Assembly (NCBI GenBank): GCA_963558245.1
Contig: CAUWGA010000001.1
Coordinates: 14,284 to 78,283, forward strand
Source: an uncultured Clostridia bacterium
Lineage (GTDB): Bacteria; Bacillota; Clostridia; TANB77; CAG-508
Direction of reading: 5' to 3'
Length of the DNA: 64,000 nucleotides
Shown here piece by piece: positions 50,297 to 60,757 of this stretch. A model generated the notes under the pieces. The model searched no databases. It saw nothing but the letters and a program-made list of their open reading frames with translations, and was not told where the DNA came from. Within the stretch, counting starts at the first letter, position 1. Each line of letters opens with the position of its first letter. Both the position numbers and the translations under genes were made by a program.

Positions 50297-50537
50297 TGTC
50301 CAGTTAGGGTCAGGTCCAAAGTGGACATTTTATATGACTATAAACCTCAAAGATATATAATAAAAAATACTTTGTGTGTCGCAACCAGATGATTAAATTC
50401 TTGAAGGTTGCTCCAATCGCACTCACTTCGTTCGTTTGGTCGCTTACGCAGTATTTTTTATTATATATCTTTGAGGTTTTTAATAATAACATAATTTTCC
50501 CAAATGTCCACTTTGGACCTGACCCTAATTGGACATT
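50295..50537. mobile_element. full-length nested-palindrome MITE-like element (copy G; 243 bp; 37-bp TIRs, 30-bp inner IR, 78-bp core in opposite orientation to copy B)
   Basis: aatgtccagttagggtcaggtccaaagtggacatttt ... aaatgtccactttggacctgaccctaattggacatt; inner IR aaacctcaaagatatataataaaaaatact (50342-50371) / agtattttttattatatatctttgaggttt (50450-50479); core 50372-50449; overlaps the stops of the crp-like gene and hisS. Confidence 0.85.
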
Positions 50538-51819
50538 AAAATTCTATTTTTTGTTCTTCTCCTGTGTCCATATTTTTTAGTGTATATTTTCTTGTTTGTA
50601 TTTCATCTTCTCCTATTACTATAACATATGGTATTTCCAGTTTATCTGCATATTTAAATTTTGCTTTTAGCTTTTTATTGTTTAAATATATTTCTGTGTT
50701 TGTGCCTTCTTTTCTTAATTTATTAGCTATTTGAATTGGTACAGTTAAATCTTCTGTCATTGGAATTATTAGTACATCTGCTACTGATTTTTTGTCTGCT
50801 TTTATTAAGTTCATTTCATTTAATTTGTAGAATAATCTTGTAAGTCCTATTGATATTCCTACTCCTGGTAATTTTTTATCAGTATAATATTCTGCTAGGT
50901 TTTCGTACCTTCCTCCTGAACATACACTTCCAAGTTCCCTGTAATCATTGAAAAATGTTTCATAAACTGTTCCTGTATAATAGTCTAATCCACGAGCTAT
51001 CGTTAAATCTACATTAAAATTGTTTTCTGGAATTTCAAATATTCTCATATGTTTTACAACATATTCTAATTCTTCTACACCTTTTTTAAATGTTTCGTTT
51101 TCAATCCCTAGTCCTTTTAGTTTTTCAATTTTTTCATCTGAACTTCCGCTAATACTAATAAAATTCATTATTTTATTAATAGCACTTTTTTCAATTTCTA
51201 TTTTTAATAGTTCTTCTATTACTTCATCTTTTCCTATTTTGTCTATTTTATCTATTATTCTTAAAATATCTGTTGCTTTTTCTTTTTGATTTAAATCTTC
51301 AAATAAACCATTTAATATTTTTCTATTATTTAATCTTATTGTAAAATTAGAAAATCCCAATTTAGTAAATATTGTGTAAATTACGCTTGGAATTTCTGCA
51401 TCATTAATTAAATCCAGTTCTCCATCTCCAATAACGTCAATATCACATTGATAAAATTCGCGAAATCTTCCTTTTTGTGTTCTTTCTCCACGATATACTT
51501 TTCCTATTTGATATCTTCTAAATGGGAAATTCAAGTTTCCATAATTTTTAGCTACATATTTTGAAAGTGGTACAGTTAAATCAAATCTTAATGATAAGTC
51601 ATTATCTCCTTTATTAAATCTATAAATTTGTTTTTCTGTTTCTCCTCCAGCTTTTGCAAGTAATACTTCTGACAATTCTATTACTGGAGTATCTAAAGGT
51701 AAAAATCCAAATTTTTGGTATGTTTCTTCTATTACTTTTTTCATTTGATTAAATAAAATTTGTTCATTTGGTAATAATTCCATAAATCCTGATAATGTTC
51801 TTGGTTCTGTTTTAGCCAT
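50536..51819 (-). CDS. hisS: histidine--tRNA ligase
   Basis: 427 aa; class II motifs (FRYQIGKVYRGE, motif 3 GGRYENL) and a C-terminal anticodon-binding domain. Confidence 0.88.
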   Translation of the reverse strand: MAKTEPRTLSGFMELLPNEQILFNQMKKVIEETYQKFGFLPLDTPVIELSEVLLAKAGGETEKQIYRFNKGDNDLSLRFDLTVPLSKYVAKNYGNLNFPFRRYQIGKVYRGERTQKGRFREFYQCDIDVIGDGELDLINDAEIPSVIYTIFTKLGFSNFTIRLNNRKILNGLFEDLNQKEKATDILRIIDKIDKIGKDEVIEELLKIEIEKSAINKIMNFISISGSSDEKIEKLKGLGIENETFKKGVEELEYVVKHMRIFEIPENNFNVDLTIARGLDYYTGTVYETFFNDYRELGSVCSGGRYENLAEYYTDKKLPGVGISIGLTRLFYKLNEMNLIKADKKSVADVLIIPMTEDLTVPIQIANKLRKEGTNTEIYLNNKKLKAKFKYADKLEIPYVIVIGEDEIQTRKYTLKNMDTGEEQKIEF

Positions 51820-51843
51820 ATTATCATCCTCCTTATAATTTTA

Positions 51844-52491
51844 TTATGGCAATTTTGGTTTTAATTCTAAATATATTGGTCTTTCATCTTTAATTTTTGT
51901 GCTTAAACCATGCCCTGGATAGCATATTGTTTCCGCTGGCAATATCATTAATTTATTAATGATAGAATTCATTATTGCTTCTAAACTACCTGTTGGTACA
52001 TCTGTTCTTCCCCATGTTCCTCTAAATAGAGTATCTCCTGAAAATAAACAATTTTCTTCTTTACAATAAAGTGATGTGCCTCCTTTAGTATGACCAGGTG
52101 TATGTATAACTCTAAACTCTAAATCTCCTATATGAATTAAATCCCCATCATCAATTCTAGAATCCGCTTCTAGCTCAATTGTTTTTTCAAAAATATATGG
52201 TGTTAAATTTATTTCCGCATTGTTTAATCCTTCTGCATCATCTCTATGTATTAGAATTTTTCCACCACATCTATTTTTTAAGTCTGTTACTCCTAATATA
52301 TGGTCTCCATGACAATGTGTTAAATATATATACTTTAATTTTCCTTCTAGAATATTTATCATTTCTTCAATTTTTTGAACACCACCTGCTGGATCAATAA
52401 CTATAGTTTCTTTTGATTTCTCATCAAATATAATATAACAATTAGTTGAATCTCCTATCCAAGTATCTATCTTTAGTTCTTTTAAAATCAT
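51844..52491 (-). CDS. MBL-fold metallohydrolase (glyoxalase II-like)
   Basis: 215 aa; HCHGDH metal-binding motif. Confidence 0.75.
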   Translation of the reverse strand: MILKELKIDTWIGDSTNCYIIFDEKSKETIVIDPAGGVQKIEEMINILEGKLKYIYLTHCHGDHILGVTDLKNRCGGKILIHRDDAEGLNNAEINLTPYIFEKTIELEADSRIDDGDLIHIGDLEFRVIHTPGHTKGGTSLYCKEENCLFSGDTLFRGTWGRTDVPTGSLEAIMNSIINKLMILPAETICYPGHGLSTKIKDERPIYLELKPKLP

Positions 52492-52515
52492 TTTTTGACC
52501 TTCCTATCTTTATTT

Positions 52516-54711
52516 TTATATACGTTTTACTTCATAAACACTAGTTACTTTTCTTATTACTTTTATAGCTTTATTTAATTCTTCTAAGCTTTCTACCTGT
52601 AATATAACATCTATTATAGCAATTCTTTCTTTTGTTGTTTTTGTATTTACACCTAATATCTTAGCCTTTGTAGTTCCTATTTCTTTTAGTATATCTAATA
52701 GCAATCCTGCTCTATCGTTTGCATGCACTTCTATATCTGCTTGATAAATATCTTTATTTTCATCAAACCACTCTACATCTATCATTCTGTTTTCTTCTGA
52801 TATTAAGTTTTTAATGTTTGTACAATCTTTTCTATGTACAGATACTCCTCTTCCTTTAGTAATATATCCTACTATTTCATCTCCTGGAAGTGGATTACAA
52901 CATCTAGATAGTTTTACAAGACAATTATCAATTCCTTTTACTATAACTCCTGAACTCGATGGCTTTGGTTTTCTATTTTTTGCTTTTACTAATTCTTCTA
53001 TTTTTTCTTCTATATCATCTTCTATATGTTCTTTTCTATATTCTTGTAATACTCTAGCTATTATCTTATATGCTGAATTTGCCCCAAAACCGACTGCTGC
53101 ATACATTTCATCTAAATCGCTATAACGATATTTGTTCATCATTGGATCTATATATTCTTGCTTAAATAAATCAGCATGAGTAAGTCCAATTCTTTTGATT
53201 TCTTTTTCTATTAGTTCTTTTCCTTTTTCAATGTTTTCAGATTTTTGCTCTTTTTTAAACCAGCTTTTTATTTTATTTTTTGCACTTGAACTTTTTATAA
53301 ATTTTAGCCAGTCCCTACTTGGTCCTTTAGAATTTTCTGAAGTTATTATTTCTACTATATCTCCACTATTTAAAGGTGTTATTATTGGCATCATTTTACT
53401 ATTTATTTTACATCCTGTCATATGATGTCCTATTTCTGCATGGATACTATATGCAAAATCTATTGGTGTAGCTCCCCTTGGCAAAACTTTAATAGCTCCT
53501 TTAGGAGTAAATACATATACTTCATCTTCGAACAATTCTGTTTTTAATGTTTCTAAAAACTCTTGAGGATCTTCCATATCTTTTTGCCATTCTAGTGTTT
53601 CACGAAGCCATGCTAATTTATCTTCTCCTACTTTTACAGCTTGTTTCTTTCCACTAAAATAGCTTGCCTCTTTATATGCCCAATGTGCTGCTATACCATA
53701 TTCAGCAATTCTATGCATTTCCCATGTACGAATTTGCACTTCAAATGGTGTTCCTTTTTCTCCTAAAAGTGTTGTATGTATAGATTGATACATATTTGGT
53801 TTAGGTACTGCTATATAGTCTTTAAATCTTCCTGGCATTGGACTATATAATTCATGTACAACACCTAAAACAGAATAGCAGTCTTTTACAGAATTAACTA
53901 AAATTCTAAGTGCAAATAAGTCATATATTTGGTCTAATGTTTTGTTATCTCTTTTCATTTTTCTATATATTGAGTATAAATGTTTTGCTCTACCTGTTAC
54001 TTCTGCATCAATTCTTTGTTTTTTTAATGCTACTCGTATATCTGTCATTATTTTATCTATAAACTTCAAACGTTCTTCTCTCTTTTTGTTTATTCCTTCA
54101 ACTAATTCATGATATTCTTCTGGATACAAATATTTAAATGCTAAATCTTCTAATTCCCATTTCAAAGAATATAATCCAAGTCTATTGGCAAGTGGAGCAT
54201 ATAATTCCATTGTTTCTTTGCTTATTGCTTGTTGTCTATCAGGTTTTAAGAATTTTAATGTTCTCATATTATGAAGTCTATCAGCTAATTTTATTAATAT
54301 TACTCTTATATCTTTTCCCATGGCTAAAAACATTTTTCTATAATTTTCTACCTGTTGTTCTTCTACAGAAGCAAAAGAAATCTTACTTAATTTTGTAACA
54401 CCTGATACCATATCAGAAATTCCTTGTCCAAACTCTTTGGTTATATCATCTTGTGATGCTTTTGTATCTTCGACAACATCATGCAATAAAGCTGCACAAA
54501 TTGTACTATCATCAAGTCCTATATCTGCTAATATGTATGCTACATTTATCGGATGAATTATATATGGTTCACCTGACTTTCTTTTTTGATCTCCGTGAAG
54601 ATTTACTGCATAGTTATATGCACGCATAATTAATTTTGTATCAACTCGTCTTGAGTGTTGTTTTCTTTTAGAAATTACATCTTGTATTGTTGCATTTTTT
54701 TGTTCACTCAT
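52516..54711 (-). CDS. relA: bifunctional (p)ppGpp synthetase/hydrolase RelA/SpoT
   Basis: 731 aa; HD hydrolase domain (HDVVEDT), synthetase domain (DLFALRILV, RFKDYIAVPK), TGS and C-terminal ACT domains. Confidence 0.93.
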   Translation of the reverse strand: MSEQKNATIQDVISKRKQHSRRVDTKLIMRAYNYAVNLHGDQKRKSGEPYIIHPINVAYILADIGLDDSTICAALLHDVVEDTKASQDDITKEFGQGISDMVSGVTKLSKISFASVEEQQVENYRKMFLAMGKDIRVILIKLADRLHNMRTLKFLKPDRQQAISKETMELYAPLANRLGLYSLKWELEDLAFKYLYPEEYHELVEGINKKREERLKFIDKIMTDIRVALKKQRIDAEVTGRAKHLYSIYRKMKRDNKTLDQIYDLFALRILVNSVKDCYSVLGVVHELYSPMPGRFKDYIAVPKPNMYQSIHTTLLGEKGTPFEVQIRTWEMHRIAEYGIAAHWAYKEASYFSGKKQAVKVGEDKLAWLRETLEWQKDMEDPQEFLETLKTELFEDEVYVFTPKGAIKVLPRGATPIDFAYSIHAEIGHHMTGCKINSKMMPIITPLNSGDIVEIITSENSKGPSRDWLKFIKSSSAKNKIKSWFKKEQKSENIEKGKELIEKEIKRIGLTHADLFKQEYIDPMMNKYRYSDLDEMYAAVGFGANSAYKIIARVLQEYRKEHIEDDIEEKIEELVKAKNRKPKPSSSGVIVKGIDNCLVKLSRCCNPLPGDEIVGYITKGRGVSVHRKDCTNIKNLISEENRMIDVEWFDENKDIYQADIEVHANDRAGLLLDILKEIGTTKAKILGVNTKTTKERIAIIDVILQVESLEELNKAIKVIRKVTSVYEVKRI

Positions 54712-54726
54712 ATATAAATCCCCCTT

Positions 54727-56415
54727 TTATAACGATTTCATGATATCTTTTATATTTATTTGTAAATTATCTACACCATTGAAAGTGTTTACTTCTAAAA
54801 CTCCTGCTATATCTACTTTATCTCCAATTCTATATTCGTCAACTAATTTCCCCATATTAAATCCAATTGCATTTACAATTTGATTATTTTCTCTTAAAGT
54901 TAGCTTTAAATGTTTTCCTTCTGATAAAGCTCTAATTGAATCTATTTTTACATTTTTAAATGCAAATACCGGCATTTTATTAGCTTCTCCATATGGTTCT
55001 AATTCTTTTAGATCTTCTACCATTGTCTTGTTTATTTCACTTAGTTCTACTTTAGCATCTACATTGACTATTGGTATTATTTCCTCTATTTTATGTTCTT
55101 CTGCAATTTTTTCAAATTCTTTATAAAATTTATCTAAGTTATCTTCTTTTATAGCTATACCTACAGCCATACTATGTCCACCAAATTTTTCTATACTATC
55201 TTCACATCTCATTAATGCATCATGTAAATCAAATCCTGGTATGCTTCTTCCAGAACCTTTTCCCAGGCCTTCTTCTAAGCTTAGTAAAATGCTAGGTTTA
55301 AAATACATTTCAGTAATTTTAGAAGAAACTATACCAATTACACCATGATGCCAGTTTTTTCCTGCCAATACTATAGTTCTATTCTTTTTTAAATGATTTT
55401 TTTCTATTTTATAAACTGCATCTTCAAATATAGCTTTTTCTATTTCTTGTCTTTCCCTGTTATGCTCATTTAATTTTTGAGTTAATTTATTCACTTCATA
55501 TATATCTTTTGAAAGTAATAAATTTAAGGCTTCTTCTGCTTTTCCCATTCTACCACAAGCATTAATCCTTGGTGCCACACCAAATGATATCGTTGTAGAA
55601 TTTATTTGATTATATCCTGATGAATTTATTATAGACCTTAATCCCATATTTTTTGTTTGCTTAATTAATTTTAATCCTAGTTTTGCTATTACTCTGTTTT
55701 CACTAACCAATGGTACTATATCTGAAATTGTTCCAACACATACAATATCTAAATATTTTAAATATGTTTCTTCTTTTAAATTTAATTTTTGACCTAATGC
55801 TTGAATAACCTTAAATGATACGCCTACTCCTGCTAATTCTCGAAATGGATATGTACTATCTTTTCTTTTATTATCAATTACTGCTAATGCTTTTGGTAAT
55901 TCTTCAGTTGGCTCATGATGGTCTGTTACAATTACTTCTAGTCCTAATGAATTTGCATATTTTATTTCTTCTACTGCTGATATACCACAATCCACTGTAA
56001 TCATTAATTTGTATCCTTGCTCATAAATCTTGTCTATTGCGTTTTTATTTAGTCCATATCCTTCTTCTAATCTGTTTGGAATATAATAATCAGCATTTAA
56101 TCCTATATCACATAAAAAACTTTTTAATACAGTAATACTTGTTATTCCATCAACATCATAATCCCCATAAATAATTACTTTTTCTTGATTATCCATTGCT
56201 TTGATAATTCTATTTGTTGCAATTTCCATATCATTCATTAAAAATGGATTATAAAAATCGTTTCTTGTTGGATTTAAAAATAATTCAATATCTTGTTTTG
56301 TTGTTATATTTTTATTAACTAATATTGTGGCAAGTAAATTACTAATATTATATTGTTTTTTTATTTCATTAATTTTATCTTGATTTATTTCACATATTTG
56401 CCATTTTTTATTCAT
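54727..56415 (-). CDS. recJ: single-stranded-DNA-specific exonuclease RecJ
   Basis: 562 aa; DHH motifs (IIYGDYDVDGITS, VDCGIS, VTDHHEP) and DHHA1 domain. Confidence 0.88.
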   Translation of the reverse strand: MNKKWQICEINQDKINEIKKQYNISNLLATILVNKNITTKQDIELFLNPTRNDFYNPFLMNDMEIATNRIIKAMDNQEKVIIYGDYDVDGITSITVLKSFLCDIGLNADYYIPNRLEEGYGLNKNAIDKIYEQGYKLMITVDCGISAVEEIKYANSLGLEVIVTDHHEPTEELPKALAVIDNKRKDSTYPFRELAGVGVSFKVIQALGQKLNLKEETYLKYLDIVCVGTISDIVPLVSENRVIAKLGLKLIKQTKNMGLRSIINSSGYNQINSTTISFGVAPRINACGRMGKAEEALNLLLSKDIYEVNKLTQKLNEHNRERQEIEKAIFEDAVYKIEKNHLKKNRTIVLAGKNWHHGVIGIVSSKITEMYFKPSILLSLEEGLGKGSGRSIPGFDLHDALMRCEDSIEKFGGHSMAVGIAIKEDNLDKFYKEFEKIAEEHKIEEIIPIVNVDAKVELSEINKTMVEDLKELEPYGEANKMPVFAFKNVKIDSIRALSEGKHLKLTLRENNQIVNAIGFNMGKLVDEYRIGDKVDIAGVLEVNTFNGVDNLQINIKDIMKSL

Positions 56416-56591
56416 ATACCTCTCCTAAAAATATTTTCTAATATTGTATAACATTTTGGTTTTTTTTAAAAGGTTTTTTGACATAAAAAATAAAAAATAG
56501 CAAAAAACTGCTATTTTTTATATAACTTTATATAAAATAATTTTTAAATCCTTTACATTTCTAAATATTTCACAAATTTCAGGAATTATTT

Positions 56592-57362
56592 TTATGCTCC
56601 CATAATTGAATATCCATTATCTACATGTATAATTTCGCCTGTAATAGCACTTGACATATCACTAAATAAAAATGATGTGCTATCTCCAACTTGATCTATT
56701 GTTACATTTTTATGTAATGGTGCTTTTTCTTCAACTACATTTAATATTGAACCAAAATCTTTAATTCCTTTTGCTGATAATGTTTTAATTGGTCCTGCTG
56801 ATATTCCATTTATCCTATATCCATATCTTCCTATATCAGCAGATAAATATTTTATACTTGTTTCTAATGCTGCTTTTGCAACTCCCATTACATTATATCC
56901 TTCAACTACTTTTTCTGCTCCATAATATGTATATGCTACAATACTTGCTCCTTGATTTAACATTTCTTTTTCTTTTGCTGTTCTTACTATTGCTGTCAAT
57001 GAATAGCTACTTACATCTAATGCATGTAAAAATCCTTCTTGAGAAGTAAGCGAATAATCATTTCTTAAATCTTCTGTATTAGCATGAGCTATAGCATGTA
57101 AAATCCCGTCTACTTTTCCATGTTTATTTTTTATTTCCTCTAAACATTTATCTATATTCTCTTGATTACTAACATCACCTAGTACATATAATTTGCTTCC
57201 TGGTAGCTCTTCTAATAATGTTTTTACTTTATCAAAATTATCTTCTGCACAAGTACAAATAATCTCTGCACCTTGATTATACGCTGACTTAGCCGCACCA
57301 AATGCAATACTCCACTTATTTCTTACTCCCATAATAATTACTTTTTTTCCTTTTAAAATCAT
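56592..57362 (-). CDS. fabI: enoyl-[acyl-carrier-protein] reductase (NADH), FabI
   Basis: 256 aa; Rossmann GVRNKWSIAFGAAK; catalytic Y...K (YYGAEKVV...MGVAKAALE). Confidence 0.88.
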   Translation of the reverse strand: MILKGKKVIIMGVRNKWSIAFGAAKSAYNQGAEIICTCAEDNFDKVKTLLEELPGSKLYVLGDVSNQENIDKCLEEIKNKHGKVDGILHAIAHANTEDLRNDYSLTSQEGFLHALDVSSYSLTAIVRTAKEKEMLNQGASIVAYTYYGAEKVVEGYNVMGVAKAALETSIKYLSADIGRYGYRINGISAGPIKTLSAKGIKDFGSILNVVEEKAPLHKNVTIDQVGDSTSFLFSDMSSAITGEIIHVDNGYSIMGA

Positions 57363-57383
57363 CTTCTCCTCCTTCTTTTCGAA

Positions 57384-57515
57384 AATGTCCTTTTGGGGAC
57401 AGGTCCAAAGTGGACATTTTGGAAAATTATGTTATTTTTAAATATCAAACTTAATTTTTTGCACTTATATACACCCTAAAAATGTCCACTTTGGACCTGT
57501 CCCCAAATAGGCATT
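57384..57515. mobile_element. nested-palindrome MITE-like element (copy H; 132 bp) between the fabI RBS and the 3' end of accA; its right TIR is translated as the AccA C-terminus
   Basis: aatgtccttttggggacaggtccaaagtggacatttt ... aaaatgtccactttggacctgtccccaaataggcatt; the reverse complement of the right unit reads ATG CCT ATT TGG GGA CAG GTC CAA AGT GGA CAT TTT TAG, i.e. [12 protein letters not shown] plus stop. Confidence 0.85.
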
Positions 57516-58222
57516 TTAAGAATACATTTCTTTATGTCTTGTATTATTCTATCAAAGTCATTTTGTGCTCCATTTTCTGGTTCTTTTATAATCTCATCTA
57601 TTATTTTTAATTCTTTTAAATCTTTTGCTGTAATCTTCATATTTTCTGCTGCTTCTTTTGCTTTACTTGAATCTTTATATAAAATACTTGCAAATCCTTC
57701 TGGAGATAATATAGAATATACAGCATTTTCGAGCATTATAGTTTTGTCTCCTACTCCTATTGCTAATGCTCCCCCACTAGATGCTTCTCCTATCACTATA
57801 CATATAACTGATACTTTTAATCTTGACATTTCCATTATATTAGTTGCAATAGCTTCTCCTTGTCCTCTTTCTTCTGCACCTATTCCTGGATACGCTCCTG
57901 GTGTATCTATAAATGTAATAATTGGTCTGTTGAATTTTTCAGCTTGTTTCATTAATCTTAATGCTTTTCTGTATCCTTCTGGGTTTGGCATTCCAAAGTT
58001 TCTTTCCATATTTTCTTTTATATTTTTCCCTTTTTGCTCTCCTATAACTGTTACTGGTTTACCATTTAGTGTAGCAATTCCACCTATTATAGCTTTATCA
58101 TCTCCATATCTTCTATCTCCATGTAATTCAATGAAATTGTCAAACAAAGCATTTATATAGTCTAAAGCTTTAGGTCTTTCTGGTTGTCTTGACAGCATAA
58201 CTTTATCCCATGCAGTTATCAT
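57476..58222 (-). CDS. accA: acetyl-CoA carboxylase carboxyltransferase subunit alpha (short form; C-terminus encoded by MITE sequence)
   Basis: 248 aa; AccA core ([42 protein letters not shown]); lacks the roughly 55-aa N-terminal coil of the Bacillus/E. coli enzymes; last 12 codons lie within the MITE TIR. Confidence 0.85.
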   Translation of the reverse strand: MITAWDKVMLSRQPERPKALDYINALFDNFIELHGDRRYGDDKAIIGGIATLNGKPVTVIGEQKGKNIKENMERNFGMPNPEGYRKALRLMKQAEKFNRPIITFIDTPGAYPGIGAEERGQGEAIATNIMEMSRLKVSVICIVIGEASSGGALAIGVGDKTIMLENAVYSILSPEGFASILYKDSSKAKEAAENMKITAKDLKELKIIDEIIKEPENGAQNDFDRIIQDIKKCILKMPIWGQVQSGHF

Positions 58223-58242
58223 ATTTTCACCTCTTTCATATT

Positions 58243-59094
58243 TTATTTGTAATTATGTAGTGTTAATAATTCTGCTAGTGTATTTCTTAGATCTTTTCTT
58301 TCTACTATTTTATCTATAAATCCATGTTCTAATAAAAATTCAGAACTTTGAAATCCTTCTGGTAATGTTTGATTTATTGTCTGTTCTATTACTCTTGGTC
58401 CTGCAAATCCTATAAGAGCTTTAGGCTCTGCTAAAATTATATCTCCTAAACTTGCAAAACTTGCTGTTACACCTCCAGTTGTTGGATCTGTTAAAACAGA
58501 AATATATAAATTTTTATTATCATCTAATTTTGCTATCGCTTTTGCCGTTTTAACCATTTGCATTAATGAAACTATTCCCTCTTGCATCCTTGCACCACCA
58601 GACACGCAAAATATTATAACTGGTAAGTTTTCTTCTATAGCTTTTTCTATTGCAAGTGTTATTCTTTTTCCTACAACTTCTCCCATACTTCCCATAAAAA
58701 AATTGCTATCCATAACACCCAAAACTACTTTAATTCCTTTTATTTTACACGTTCCACATTTAATAGCCTCATCTATCTTTGTTTTTTCTTTTAATAATTC
58801 TATCTTCTTTAAATATCCTTCAAAATTTAGTGGATCTTCTGTAACAATATTTTCTCCAATTTCTTTAAAGGTACCTTCATCAGCTATTTGTTTTATTCTC
58901 CTTCTAGCTGATAGTCTAAAATGTTTCCCACAATTAGGGCAAACACTTAAATTATTATGCAAATCTTCTTTGTATAAAATCTCTTTACATGAATCACATT
59001 TAACCCATTTTCCTATCATTTTATCTGATGCTTTTTCATTTTTCATTCGTATATTTTCTTCTTTATTAATTTTTTTTAACTTATCAATTACCAA
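58243..59094 (-). CDS. accD: acetyl-CoA carboxylase carboxyltransferase subunit beta
   Basis: 283 aa; N-terminal Cys4 zinc ribbon (CDSC...CPNCG) and carboxyltransferase domain (GGARMQEG). Confidence 0.9.
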   Translation of the reverse strand: MVIDKLKKINKEENIRMKNEKASDKMIGKWVKCDSCKEILYKEDLHNNLSVCPNCGKHFRLSARRRIKQIADEGTFKEIGENIVTEDPLNFEGYLKKIELLKEKTKIDEAIKCGTCKIKGIKVVLGVMDSNFFMGSMGEVVGKRITLAIEKAIEENLPVIIFCVSGGARMQEGIVSLMQMVKTAKAIAKLDDNKNLYISVLTDPTTGGVTASFASLGDIILAEPKALIGFAGPRVIEQTINQTLPEGFQSSEFLLEHGFIDKIVERKDLRNTLAELLTLHNYK

Positions 59095-59246
59095 AAATTA
59101 TATCCTCCTTTTATCAGTCTTAATATGTAAAACTCTTTATCCACTCTTTTCTGTAATTAAATAAGAGCATCGTTTTTTTCAATGCTCTTATTATATATTC
59201 TATTTTTTTGTTTTTCAATTAGGATAAGTGGTCAAAAGTTTGTAAT

Positions 59247-60272
59247 CTATATCATTACTTCTTTTTTTATTTTTTGAAGCTCTTGCTCACTAATATTTGT
59301 TGCTCTTTTAATATCAGTATCCTTCATTTTGATATTAATCATTCCTATAACTGCTTGTTTTATTCCTTTTTGCATTCCTCTTTGCATCCCTTTTTCCATT
59401 CCGCTTTTTGTAGCTTTTCTTTCTATTTCTGAAAACTTATCATCTAGTATTTCTTCAAAAAATCTTTCTGCTTTTGTCATTTCAACACCTCCTCTTTCTA
59501 AAACTTTTTTATATCCTTCTATTTCTTCCTGTGTAAATTTTCTTTTTATAAAATTAGAATATGTTAATATTATAATTAGATATTGTTTTTCTTTTTCGGT
59601 TAAACCTCTTTTTAAAAGCTTTGTAAAAATTTCTTTTATTTCTTCTTTAGTCTTTACTTTTTCAAACAACATAGCTTTAGATATTCTTGAATCTTCTTGT
59701 ATTAATTGTTCTTTTTTATACTCATTTACATCTATTAAATTATATCTAGGATATTCTTGTATTGGAAAACCGTACATTTCTGTTTGTTTTTCTGTTATTG
59801 TAAATGCAGAATTCCACTTCTTCGTTCCTGTATATAGTACAATTGGAACTATTAAAGGATACTCATTTTTTATTCCTCTTTTTATATTTCTACTTTCTAT
59901 AATTTCCAAACACATTGTAGTTACTCTTTCTGCCATATTCTTATCTACTGTACTTTGATGTTCAATTAGTATAAATATTTCTTTTTCTTTTATTTTGTAT
60001 AATAAGTCTGCCTCTCTTTTCCTAAATTTTTTAGTTATAAACTCTTTATCATATTTTTCTAAGTCATCTTTTTCAATTTCTTTGCTTTTATCATAACCTA
60101 GATATTTTCTTATTAATAAAAGTATTTCTTCCTCATTGCTAAGTATTTCTTTAAATATTTTATCATGATAATGATAAGTATCCCCATTAATTTTATCATT
60201 ATTTTTCACATTATCATCTTCTATAGGCAACAAATTCTTGTATTTCCAATAATCTTCTGGGGTAAAAATCAT
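59247..60272 (-). CDS. Rpn-family recombination-promoting nuclease / putative transposase (YhgA-like, PD-(D/E)xK)
   Basis: 341 aa; N-terminal HDKIFKEIL, ADLLYK...IFILIEHQS core typical of the Transposase_31/Rpn family; Lys/Glu-rich C-terminal tail. Confidence 0.65.
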   Translation of the reverse strand: MIFTPEDYWKYKNLLPIEDDNVKNNDKINGDTYHYHDKIFKEILSNEEEILLLIRKYLGYDKSKEIEKDDLEKYDKEFITKKFRKREADLLYKIKEKEIFILIEHQSTVDKNMAERVTTMCLEIIESRNIKRGIKNEYPLIVPIVLYTGTKKWNSAFTITEKQTEMYGFPIQEYPRYNLIDVNEYKKEQLIQEDSRISKAMLFEKVKTKEEIKEIFTKLLKRGLTEKEKQYLIIILTYSNFIKRKFTQEEIEGYKKVLERGGVEMTKAERFFEEILDDKFSEIERKATKSGMEKGMQRGMQKGIKQAVIGMINIKMKDTDIKRATNISEQELQKIKKEVMI

Positions 60273-60757
60273 TTATTTATATTACTTCCTTTCTATGTAT
60301 TATATTTCTTTTTTATTTCCGAGTCAATTTTTATTTTAAAGTAAATTCATCTATTTATTTTATTTATCTCTATTTTTCTTTTATTATCACCTTCTTTTAT
60401 CATTTTTCTATTTTTTTGAACTTTTTAGATTTAATTTTTGAATTTAATTTCTGTTTTAAATAAATTTAAAGTTTGACTAAAAATGTCGTTTTGAAATTTT
60501 TGAAATAAAATTAATATGTACTATTTCTAACTTTTCACAAATGTATTGTACAATAACTATAAATACAGATATATCTTGAACTTCATTTTAATACTTTCTC
60601 TGCCAGTTTGTCAAGATAAATATTCATAATTTTCTACATGATTTATTTTTTGTATATATTATTTATTTTTCAAAAAACTTTAACTATTTTGCTTGAATTT
60701 ATTTTACTTTTAGTATAAGATATTGTGTAAGTAAATGAGATTACATAGGAGGATAAA

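Noticed and set aside
1740-57515. CRISPR array as an explanation for the recurring about 37-bp repeat
   Set aside because: The repeats occur as inverted pairs, not direct repeats. They are scattered over 56 kb with irregular, gene-containing spacers, and no cas genes are present.
57534-58160. 208-aa + strand ORF across the accA locus
   Set aside because: It is antisense to a well-conserved AccA reading frame and its composition looks like a shadow ORF. The minus-strand AccA call has strong motifs and an RBS.
59329-59958. 209-aa + strand ORF overlapping the Rpn-family gene
   Set aside because: It is antisense to the better-supported minus-strand gene, hydrophobic and low-complexity, with no RBS. 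It is a shadow ORF.
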